A stretch of DNA of 33,801 bases from an uncultured Sulfurospirillum sp. (GTDB taxonomy: Bacteria > Campylobacterota > Campylobacteria > Campylobacterales > Sulfurospirillaceae): assembly GCA_964537565.1 (NCBI GenBank), contig CAZIAJ010000001.1:1-33801 (forward strand). The letters run 5' to 3'. The translations under genes were made by a program, and so were the position numbers. Of this stretch, positions 9,945 to 18,105 are shown one piece after another. A model generated the notes under the pieces. The model searched no databases, was not told the DNA's origin, and saw only the letters and a list, made by a program, of their open reading frames with translations. Numbering within the stretch: position 1 is the first letter of the stretch; the number at the start of each line of letters is the position of its first letter.

Positions 9945-11514
9945 CGCTTCATGGTTAAGTTTGACTACGGGGTTAACCCTCGTAGTCCTCTTGCCTATTA
10001 TCCTTATAGTTATCTATGCTTTAGGAGCTGATGGCGAAGTTCTTAGACACATAAAAGAGACTGTACTTTTAGAGTATGTGAGCAACACTGCACTTTTACT
10101 TTTAGGTGTTGGAGTCTTGAGTCTTATCTTAGGTGTTGGTAGTGCTTTTATAGTCACTTTTTATGAGTTTAGATTCTCTAAGATTTACTCTATAGGGTTA
10201 ATCCTTCCTTTTGTGATACCTACTTATATTTTAGGGTTTATCTACTCTGATATTTTTGGTTATTTTAGTTACTTGCATATGTTTTTGATGGATTTAGGGT
10301 TAAAAAGTTATTTTGATGTACTTAACTTTAAAACAGTTGTTGTCGTTCTTTCTTTGGCACTGTATCCGTATATCTATCTGATTGTTCGAGCTTCATTTCT
10401 CAAGAATGCAAACACGCTTTTAAATCCTGCTCTTATTTTGGGACTTTCAAGAAGAAAAGCACTTTTTAAAGTAGTTTTACCACTTAGTCGTGTTGCTATT
10501 GTTGGTGGATTATCACTGGTTTTGATGGAGACTATTAGTGAGTATGGAGTTGTCAGTTATTACGGGGTAAACACTCTCAGTACTGCTATATTTTCCACGT
10601 GGTTTGGCATGGGAGATTCTGGAAGTGCTGCTTATATCTCTTCGATTGCTATGGTTTTTATATTGGTTATTTTGCTTGTTGAGAAGTTTTCACAAGGAAA
10701 GGCTCGATATACTCTAGAATCAACAAGTATACCGATTAAAAAGATAAAATTAAAAGGGATTAAACTCTTTTTGGCTTACACTTTTCTCTCTATTCCTCTA
10801 TTTTTTGGTTTTATAATGCCTCTTATCTGGATACTTATTTACTCCTATGCGTATGCAAAAGATAGTTTAGATATAAGTTTTATAGCAGTTTTATTAAACT
10901 CTTTTTTAGCTTCTGGTTTTGCATCTTTTTTGATAGTTTTGGTTTCAATTATCCTTGCATATACCTATAGAATAGTTCCAAATTTTTATACAAAGTATAT
11001 CAACAAGTTTGCCACTTTAGGTTATAGTATGCCAGGAGCTGTTATAGCCATAGGTATTATCATCCTTTTTGGAGATTTTGACAACTATCTTATAGATACT
11101 TTTGGTTTTGAGAAGCTTTTATTTAGTGGGACTCTATTTGCTTTGGTATTTGGCTATGTTGTAAGATTTTTAGCAGTTGGTTTGAACTCGGTTCTTTCAT
11201 CTTTTGAAAAAGTTGGAACAAATATAAACAGAGCTTCAAGAAGTTTGGGCAAAACTCCTTTGAAAACACTTTTACATGTAGAGCTTCCTATACTAAAAAA
11301 CTCTTTTTTGATTACTTTATTGCTAGTTTTCATTGATACCATAAAAGAGTTGCCTTTGACACTCATATTAAGACCATTTAACTATGAAACACTAGCAACA
11401 AAAACATACGAATTGGCTGTAAATGAGATGGTGCAAGAGTCTGCTATATATGCACTCTTTATCATCATTATATGTCTGATTCCCATTACATTTAGTTTAA
11501 AGGCATATAGATGA
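9925..11514 (+). CDS. Fe(3+) ABC transporter permease (FbpB type)
   Basis: About 12 TM helices in two repeated MetI-like domains (LYPYIY, GYSMPG, ASRSLG, KELPLTLILRPFNYETLA). Exact start uncertain. Confidence 0.92.
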   Translation: MKLTGSNASWLSLTTGLTLVVLLPIILIVIYALGADGEVLRHIKETVLLEYVSNTALLLLGVGVLSLILGVGSAFIVTFYEFRFSKIYSIGLILPFVIPTYILGFIYSDIFGYFSYLHMFLMDLGLKSYFDVLNFKTVVVVLSLALYPYIYLIVRASFLKNANTLLNPALILGLSRRKALFKVVLPLSRVAIVGGLSLVLMETISEYGVVSYYGVNTLSTAIFSTWFGMGDSGSAAYISSIAMVFILVILLVEKFSQGKARYTLESTSIPIKKIKLKGIKLFLAYTFLSIPLFFGFIMPLIWILIYSYAYAKDSLDISFIAVLLNSFLASGFASFLIVLVSIILAYTYRIVPNFYTKYINKFATLGYSMPGAVIAIGIIILFGDFDNYLIDTFGFEKLLFSGTLFALVFGYVVRFLAVGLNSVLSSFEKVGTNINRASRSLGKTPLKTLLHVELPILKNSFLITLLLVFIDTIKELPLTLILRPFNYETLATKTYELAVNEMVQESAIYALFIIIICLIPITFSLKAYR

Positions 11515-12446
11515 TACTAAGATTAAAAAATCTATCTAAAAGTTTTGGAAATATCCAAGTTTTAAAAGATATAAATATGGTGTTAGAAGAGGGTGAAATC
11601 CTAACTATTTTAGGTTCAAGTGGAAGTGGAAAAAGTACTATTTTAAATCTGATTGCAGGTTTTGAAAAGCCAGATTCTGGGGTTATAAATCTATACGAAG
11701 AAGATGTTTCACTAAAAGAACCTCATGAGAGAGGAGTTGGCTTTGTTTTTCAAAATTACGCGCTTTTCCCTCATCTAAATGTTTTTAAAAATATAGCATT
11801 TGGTATCTCAAATCTGGATACAAATCGCCAAAAACTTCAAGTAGCAAAGATGATGAAACTAACAGGCTTAGAAGGGTTCGAAAAACGCTACCCACATGAA
11901 CTCTCAGGAGGACAACAACAACGCGTAGCACTTGCAAGAACGTTAGCAACAAAACCAAAACTTATCCTTTTTGATGAAGCGTTTTCTAACGTAGACTCTG
12001 TTTTAAAATCGAAAATCGAAAGAGAGTTGGTAGATATCATAAAAGATAGTGGAGTAAGTGCTATTTTTGTAACTCATGATGCTAAAGAAGCTCTTAGTAT
12101 AAGTGACAGTATAGCCTACTTAGAAAATGGCAGTATTGCTCAATTATCTAGCTCAAAAGAGATGTATAACAGTCCCAAAAGCAAGTCAGTTGCAAAGTTC
12201 TTTGGAAAAGCAAATTTTATAAAAAAAGATGAAAAAACATACTGTATAAGACCAGAAGAGTGTAAAGTAAATGAAAAAGGAGAGATTAAAGGGGTTATAA
12301 GTCAAATCTCTTACCAAGGAGAGAGATATGAAGTAGAGGTCTGTTTTGATTTTGAAGAAGAGAATTATAGTTTTGTTTTACATATAAATAAAGATGAAGA
12401 TGTGTATAATAAGAAGTTTATTAATTTTGATATAGAGTGGAGATAA
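11511..12446 (+). CDS. Fe(3+) ABC transporter ATP-binding protein (FbpC type)
   Basis: GSSGSGKST Walker A, VFQNYALFPHL, LSGGQQQRVALAR signature, LFDE Walker B, VTHD. Confidence 0.94.
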   Translation: MILRLKNLSKSFGNIQVLKDINMVLEEGEILTILGSSGSGKSTILNLIAGFEKPDSGVINLYEEDVSLKEPHERGVGFVFQNYALFPHLNVFKNIAFGISNLDTNRQKLQVAKMMKLTGLEGFEKRYPHELSGGQQQRVALARTLATKPKLILFDEAFSNVDSVLKSKIERELVDIIKDSGVSAIFVTHDAKEALSISDSIAYLENGSIAQLSSSKEMYNSPKSKSVAKFFGKANFIKKDEKTYCIRPEECKVNEKGEIKGVISQISYQGERYEVEVCFDFEEENYSFVLHINKDEDVYNKKFINFDIEWR

Positions 12447-12622
12447 TGAAAAAAAATATAGGAAAACGAGATAAGGTTAACAGAGTAGTTACAGGTGTTG
12501 CATTAATGACTTATGCCGTGTATGCAAATGAACCTATGGCTTATGCAGGAATACTCCCTTTGGTAACGGGCATAATAGGCTTTTGCCCACTATACCCACT
12601 ATTTAATTATAAATCTAAATAA
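12446..12622 (+). CDS. DUF2892 (YgaP-like) small membrane protein
   Basis: NIGxxDxxxR N-terminal motif, two short TM segments, GFCPLY motif; ATG 12446 overlaps the upstream TAA. Confidence 0.8.
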   Translation: MKKNIGKRDKVNRVVTGVALMTYAVYANEPMAYAGILPLVTGIIGFCPLYPLFNYKSK

Positions 12623-13112
12623 GCTTTAAATCACCTTTTAGATTGTTTTGATAAGTAGTTTTTAGATAGTCTGAGTAAAATGCTCCTCCATGGCACTCTG
12701 CTCCACTTCTGCATATCTCAAAGTATTCAGGATTTGGTAGTATTTCACTACTTTGTTTATCATCTTTACCTTTATAAACAATAGAGTTTTTAAGAATACT
12801 GCCATCACTATAGAGAGTCACACTTCCATCTCCCAAAGCTACTCTATTATAACCACGTTCACGGTGATCAAGATCTTGGATATATTTTTCGTCTAAATCT
12901 TTAATAACAATAGCATTAAACCAGCTATTTTTATCTGTTTCTATATTCATAACAGCTTTTTTATTTCCATCAACTTTTCTCCATGAAGGTAGTTGGTTAA
13001 AGACTCTTTTGAAGCCTTTAACCTTTACCAAATCTACTTTTGAAAGATCAATGTTCTGTTTTTTAAGTTCATCAACATGAAGAAGACTACCATATACTAT
13101 CAGATTATACAT
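12615..13112 (-). CDS. Gamma-glutamylcyclotransferase (GGCT/AIG2-like) family protein
   Basis: N-terminal YGSL motif, GFKRVFN, LDHRERGY with catalytic Glu, PNPEY. Confidence 0.88.
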   Translation of the reverse strand: MYNLIVYGSLLHVDELKKQNIDLSKVDLVKVKGFKRVFNQLPSWRKVDGNKKAVMNIETDKNSWFNAIVIKDLDEKYIQDLDHRERGYNRVALGDGSVTLYSDGSILKNSIVYKGKDDKQSSEILPNPEYFEICRSGAECHGGAFYSDYLKTTYQNNLKGDLKLI

Positions 13113-14698
13113 TATTGATACTTTTCAAAAGAGAATGGTTTATTGTACTCTTTCATACTCATATCAGGATAAGGAACTTCTTCACCACTCCAAGGCTTTT
13201 TAAGGATATAGTCACCACCATCATTTGCTTGAACTACATTGTCTTGATGAAGAGGTATTTTTCCTCCAGCAGTTGCCAAGTATCTTGGAATCGCATCTCC
13301 CGCGATATTTCCGTACATACTCTCAACCAAATCACGACCAACTTTGATAGGAACTCTAAGGTGTGCAAACTCAGGATTTCTAAAACTACAGTTAAATAAA
13401 TAGTAAGGTCTTATGTAAGACTCTTGTAAAAGTTCACTCAGTTTCCACATCTTATTTCTAGTATCATTCACTCCTCTTAAAAGAACTGCTTGATTTAAGA
13501 TAGCACTTGTAACACGACTTAGCTTTTTAAATGCTTCATGTACTTCTGGTGTCATCTCTTGGACAGAGTTAATTTGAGTTACAAAACGGATTGGTTTTAT
13601 CGCATTACTTTTTTCACAAATCTCTAAAAACTTATCATCAATTCTTTGAGGAGTCATGATAGGAGTTCTACTTCCCAGTCTTTTTATCTTTACATGAGGG
13701 ATTTTATCAAGCTCTTCTAGAAGATACTCTATTCTTTTATTTGAAAGAGCAAGAGCATCACCACCAGTGATAAGAACATCACGGATATTGTCATTTTCAC
13801 GTATATAGTTAAGTGCTTCTTCATAAGTGTTTTTACTACTAACCCAATCTTTGTCACTTATATGAGCAATACGAAGACAGTGAGTACAAAACATAGCACA
13901 CATATTTGTAGCTTTTATAGTCAATACTCGTGGATAAAACTGATCAACTAAACGAGCAGGAGAGTGGTCACTAGCAACTGGAGCTATCTCTTCACCACGA
14001 TTGTCAATCAAATCACCAGTTGGAACAGATTGGATTAAAATAGGGTCATTAATTTGTCCAGGAATAATTAGACTAGCATAGTATGGAGATATTCTCATTC
14101 TAAAAACTTCAGAAACTCTATGTATATCTTTGATAAGTTTTGCAGGAAGATCTATAATCTCAGCCAATTGCTCAGGAGAAGTAATAGCATGTTTTATCTG
14201 ACCTCCATAACTATCCCACTCTTCATCACTCATGTTTAATTTTTTCTGTATTTTTCTTCTATTTTCTTTTATTTGGTCATCTAAATCAAATCCACTTGGT
14301 GCATCTTTTCTATGATTATTAAGATAATCTTGAACTCTAGCATTAGCATTAGCTACTATAGGTAGAGCAGAGTATACACGGCCACCAACACTTACAGAAT
14401 GCTCATCTGTATTTTTATGTTTTATCGCCATCAAATGAAGTTCATCTTTATTTATGCCTATCTCATTTGGGCTTACTCCATAGTTCTCTTTGATGCTTTT
14501 TAGCTTATCAAAAAGTTGAACTATAGGGTTTGTTAATTTATTTGAAGTTTTACTAACCTCTAACCACTCTTTAGCTTCGTCTATCTCTTTTTGAGGTACT
14601 TCATTTTTTTGGCTTGAATCTTCATAAAGAAGCTCAAATAACTTTACATCAAACTTATCCATTTGACTTAAATCTACATTTCCTACATCGCATTCCAT
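13112..14698 (-). CDS. KamA-family radical SAM/PLP aminomutase-like protein with N-terminal extension, substrate unknown
   Basis: CAMFCTHC [4Fe-4S] motif, ISPYYASL, DPI, LITGGDAL, RLGSRTP, NQAVLLRGVND, RPYYLF, GGKIP (PLP lysine). Confidence 0.9.
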   Translation of the reverse strand: MECDVGNVDLSQMDKFDVKLFELLYEDSSQKNEVPQKEIDEAKEWLEVSKTSNKLTNPIVQLFDKLKSIKENYGVSPNEIGINKDELHLMAIKHKNTDEHSVSVGGRVYSALPIVANANARVQDYLNNHRKDAPSGFDLDDQIKENRRKIQKKLNMSDEEWDSYGGQIKHAITSPEQLAEIIDLPAKLIKDIHRVSEVFRMRISPYYASLIIPGQINDPILIQSVPTGDLIDNRGEEIAPVASDHSPARLVDQFYPRVLTIKATNMCAMFCTHCLRIAHISDKDWVSSKNTYEEALNYIRENDNIRDVLITGGDALALSNKRIEYLLEELDKIPHVKIKRLGSRTPIMTPQRIDDKFLEICEKSNAIKPIRFVTQINSVQEMTPEVHEAFKKLSRVTSAILNQAVLLRGVNDTRNKMWKLSELLQESYIRPYYLFNCSFRNPEFAHLRVPIKVGRDLVESMYGNIAGDAIPRYLATAGGKIPLHQDNVVQANDGGDYILKKPWSGEEVPYPDMSMKEYNKPFSFEKYQ

Positions 14699-14709
14699 CT
14701 AATATCCTT

Positions 14710-16143
14710 TTATAATTTTGTTACATAATATGGGCAACTATAACATCGCTCTTCTAAGGTAAAATTCTCATCAACATAACTTTTTACAGTATAATTAATC
14801 ATTCTTCTACCCATCTCAATTCCATCTTCTACATCTTTATAGCTCTTACCAGTGGCAATCACTCGACCCAAAAATGAGCCTTCATTTACAAAAAAATCTT
14901 GTCCTATATGTTCAAGTATCATGAACTCCTTACTTATTTTGTTTTTTGCGACACTTTGAAACATCTCTATCTCTCCACGTTGTTGTGGAAGATAGCTATG
15001 AGTTGTCAGTTTATTATCTATCTTGTAGTTATAAGTCCCCCAAAATATATCAGTTTTAAAGAAGTTTGGTTCTCTCATTCTTGGAGGTCGCCTACTCTCT
15101 GTGACTGCATAAAATTCTATTTCGGGAAGATTTGGAGCGCCTAGAGGAAGCTGAGTTTTTAATGCACAACAAAACTCCATCGTAGTTCCTTGTTTTCTTG
15201 GATTTGTCTCTATAAAAAATACTTCATCATTACTTGTTACAATATAATCACATCCAAAGATCCCTCTATAACCAAGTTCAGCCATCTTTTTACCAACCAG
15301 TTTTGTTTGTCTTATAGTCTCTTCTTGTACTTTTTTTGACATTTTAGAAGGAAATGTTGAACCTTTAAACCGTGTACCATTAATTCTTTGGTCTGCAACA
15401 CCAGCTACGTAGATCTCATCTTCATTTATAACAACTCCCAAGGTAGTTGGATCACAAATATGTGATATAAACTCAGTTATTAAAAAAATACTATCTACAT
15501 TATTAGAAAACTTTTTTTCTATATCTTCTAAAGTATAAGCTATGATACTATTTGCCCCAGCAGCACTCTGTTCGAGTGAGATAAACAGTGGATTTCCAGT
15601 TCTTTGCATCAACTTTTGTGAACTTTTCATTAACTCTTTAAATCCATGTGCTACACTATAGTTTGCCATTGGTACGATATTGGAGAAAATTTCATACAGA
15701 GATATTTTGTTGCTCAACTTTTTGACAATATCACTGTTAGGTCCTATTAGAACAACACCATCTCTTTTATCCAGAGTCATAAATGGGCTAGATTCAAACA
15801 TATATATGAAAAGCTCATCTTGATTTTCTAGTATAGTATCTATAACAGAATGTACATATGAATTATTTGATATTTCACTTATAAAGTCATCATGTTTCTT
15901 TCGTCTATTTTGTTTCTCTTTAAGTTCATTTAATATGATAAGATTATCATAATTATATTGCTCAAAAACATCAGGAGCAATTGTTATAAATTCAATTTTT
16001 TCTTTAGGCACACTCCATATTTTTGCAAGAGCTTCTTTAAAAAAATATCCAATTCCATAGGCTTTTAGCTCACTAATGAATAAAAAATACATAGTATGTT
16101 TATCATATTCAAAGTTTGTAAACCTTACATCTATTTCTTTCAT
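14710..16143 (-). CDS. ATP-grasp amide/peptide ligase (PGM1-like)
   Basis: NK, SAAGANS loop, LITEFI, GYRGIFGCDYIV and FIETNPRKQGTT (E-x-N-x-R metal/phosphate motif). Confidence 0.85.
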   Translation of the reverse strand: MKEIDVRFTNFEYDKHTMYFLFISELKAYGIGYFFKEALAKIWSVPKEKIEFITIAPDVFEQYNYDNLIILNELKEKQNRRKKHDDFISEISNNSYVHSVIDTILENQDELFIYMFESSPFMTLDKRDGVVLIGPNSDIVKKLSNKISLYEIFSNIVPMANYSVAHGFKELMKSSQKLMQRTGNPLFISLEQSAAGANSIIAYTLEDIEKKFSNNVDSIFLITEFISHICDPTTLGVVINEDEIYVAGVADQRINGTRFKGSTFPSKMSKKVQEETIRQTKLVGKKMAELGYRGIFGCDYIVTSNDEVFFIETNPRKQGTTMEFCCALKTQLPLGAPNLPEIEFYAVTESRRPPRMREPNFFKTDIFWGTYNYKIDNKLTTHSYLPQQRGEIEMFQSVAKNKISKEFMILEHIGQDFFVNEGSFLGRVIATGKSYKDVEDGIEMGRRMINYTVKSYVDENFTLEERCYSCPYYVTKL

Positions 16144-16787
16144 CTTACTTCCCTTAAAAGGATAATTTTTGTTCCAGTTTCAAAGTAATGTTCACGTATA
16201 ACATCTTCAATTCTTTTTTTATCCCTTGATTTAATTGCATCTACTATTTTTTGATGTCTTAACTTGACCTCTTTTTGAGAGTACATTTTTGTCCAGTTTT
16301 TATAAAAAAGAAGTTGTGATTTTTTGTTGATTTTTTCAAGAGTATCTAGTAAAACACTATTTTTTGCATATTTTAGAGTTAGTTTGTGAAACATTTCACC
16401 AGCTTTTACTACTTTTTTTCTATCACTATTTGCATCGCTCATTTGCTCTACATGTAAAGAGAGTTGATGTATGTCTTGTTGTGAGGCATGGAGTGCAAGT
16501 TCAGTTGCTAAAAAACCTTCTATTATCCCTTTTGTTTCATATGTATCATATATATCTTTTGAAGTTATCTCTTTTACAAATACGCCTTTTCTAGCGATTT
16601 GCTCTAATACTCCTAGTGAAACAAGTTCTAAAAGTGCTTCACGTACAGGAGCTCTACTAACGCCAAGTTTTTCTGAAAGATATATCTCTTTAACTTGACT
16701 TCCTTGTGCATATTCTTCATTTATAATGGCACTATATATATGTTCGATAATTTTATCTTTTAGTGGTTCTTTAGGGCTATTATTCAT
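16140..16787 (-). CDS. GntR-family (FadR/VanR, FCD domain) transcriptional regulator
   Basis: wHTH LSEKLGVSRAPVREAL...KGVFV; FCD-type C-domain with FH, HQKIVDAI and EH. Confidence 0.94.
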   Translation of the reverse strand: MNNSPKEPLKDKIIEHIYSAIINEEYAQGSQVKEIYLSEKLGVSRAPVREALLELVSLGVLEQIARKGVFVKEITSKDIYDTYETKGIIEGFLATELALHASQQDIHQLSLHVEQMSDANSDRKKVVKAGEMFHKLTLKYAKNSVLLDTLEKINKKSQLLFYKNWTKMYSQKEVKLRHQKIVDAIKSRDKKRIEDVIREHYFETGTKIILLREVR

Positions 16788-16800
16788 AATTATAAAATCC

Positions 16801-16836
16801 TTGTCGACAATTTATTATTTATTGTCGACAATTCTA
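16801..16836 (-). promoter_or_regulatory. Tandem palindromic GntR-type operators overlapping the gntR -10 box and RBS
   Basis: TTGTCGACAA at 16801-16810 and 16822-16831; minus-strand TAGAAT at 16836-16831 and AAGGA RBS at 16802-16798. Confidence 0.82.
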
Positions 16837-16952
16837 ACTGAAAATAGTTTAATCTATATTTAAATAAGTAAATTAGAAACAAAATATTGTCTTATTTTTT
16901 GTTTCATGCTTTTTCGTTTCATTATGTAACATATTAGAAGAATTTGTATTTT

Positions 16953-16972
16953 TTTTGAAACTATTTTGAAAC
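16953..16972. promoter_or_regulatory. Direct repeat (11-bp period), candidate response-regulator box upstream of the TAXI gene
   Basis: TTTTGAAAC at 16953-16961 and 16964-16972. Confidence 0.4.
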
Positions 16973-17028
16973 CAATAAGGTTAAACACGTTAAATTGCTA
17001 ATAGAAATTTATTTTAAAAGGAGTTTTT

Positions 17029-17982
17029 ATGACTAAGAAGTTAGCAACTATTGCTTTAGCAGGTGCTTTGAGTTTGCCATTGATGGCTACAGATTTCGTT
17101 ACTATCGGTACAGGTGGTGTTACAGGTGTTTATTATCCACTAGGTGGATCAATCTGTCGTTTAGTAAACAAAGGTAAGAAAGAGCATGGAGTAAGATGTT
17201 CTGTTGAGTCTACTGGTGGTTCTGTTTATAACATTAACACTATTAGAGCTGGAGAGCTAGATATGGGTGTTGCACAGTCTGACTGGCAATATCATGCATA
17301 TAAAGGTGATAGTAAGTTTAAAGAAAAAGGACCTTTTAAAGATTTAAGAGCAATTTTTTCTGTTCATGGAGAGCCTTTCACAGTTATCGCAAGAGCGGAC
17401 AGTGGTATCAAAAAATTTGCTGATTTAAAAGGTAAAAGAGTAAACATAGGAAATCCTGGTTCAGGAAGTCGTGGTACTATGGAAGTAGCAATGAAAGCTG
17501 AAGGCTGGGATAAATCAGTATTTAAAGTAGCTGGTGAGCTTAAAGCGAGTGAGCAAGCAAAAGCACTTTGTGATAATAAAATCGATGCAATGGTTTATGT
17601 TGTTGGACACCCAAGTGGAGCTATTAAAGAAGCTACAACTACTTGTGATAGTGTTATAGTTGACGTTAGTGATGCAAAAATTGCTAAGTTAGTTGATGCA
17701 ACTCCATACTACAAGTTTACTACTATCCCTGGTGGAATGTACAGAGGAAATCCAGATGACGTTAAGACATTTGGTGTTGCTGCAACTTTCGTAACTTCTG
17801 CAAAAGTGCCTGAAAATGTTATCTATGCTGTAGTTAAGTCTGTATTTGAAAACTTTGATGCTTTCAAAAAACTTCACCCAGCATTTTCTACTTTAAAGAA
17901 ATCTGAGATGATTAAAGATGGTCTTTCTGCTCCACTTCATAGAGGTGCAATTAAGTACTATAAAGAAGCAGGTTTAATGTAA
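17029..17982 (+). CDS. TAXI-family TRAP transporter substrate-binding protein
   Basis: Signal peptide; IGTGGVTGVYY, STGGSVYN, QSD, NIGNPGSG, PLHRGAIKYYKE. Confidence 0.95.
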   Translation: MTKKLATIALAGALSLPLMATDFVTIGTGGVTGVYYPLGGSICRLVNKGKKEHGVRCSVESTGGSVYNINTIRAGELDMGVAQSDWQYHAYKGDSKFKEKGPFKDLRAIFSVHGEPFTVIARADSGIKKFADLKGKRVNIGNPGSGSRGTMEVAMKAEGWDKSVFKVAGELKASEQAKALCDNKIDAMVYVVGHPSGAIKEATTTCDSVIVDVSDAKIAKLVDATPYYKFTTIPGGMYRGNPDDVKTFGVAATFVTSAKVPENVIYAVVKSVFENFDAFKKLHPAFSTLKKSEMIKDGLSAPLHRGAIKYYKEAGLM

Positions 17983-18008
17983 ACCAATAGTTTACTTTAT
18001 GTTAAGAG

Positions 18009-18036
18009 GAGGAGAGATTTATATTCTCTCCTCTTT
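18009..18036 (+). terminator. Intercistronic stem-loop (partial terminator or mRNA stabiliser)
   Basis: GAGGAGAGA (18009-18017) pairs with TCTCTCCTC (18025-18033), followed by TTT. Confidence 0.65.
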
Positions 18037-18105
18037 AAATAAATGTATTTTTAAACTTCTATAACCTTATAGTAATTTACAAATATATTTATATAAGGAG
18101 TTGCC

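Noticed and set aside
13112-14698. Assigning the gene symbols kamA, ablA, epmB or eam
   Set aside because: Substrate-specifying residues differ and the usual partner genes are absent, so only the family can be supported.
16983-16999. Sigma54 promoter upstream of the TAXI gene (AAACACGTTAAATTGCT)
   Set aside because: A TTGC -12 element is present, but the invariant GG at -24 is missing.
16788-17028. Precursor-peptide gene for a PGM1-type or RiPP pathway
   Set aside because: No short ORF with a convincing RBS seen in or beside the operon; a small-molecule substrate is more parsimonious.
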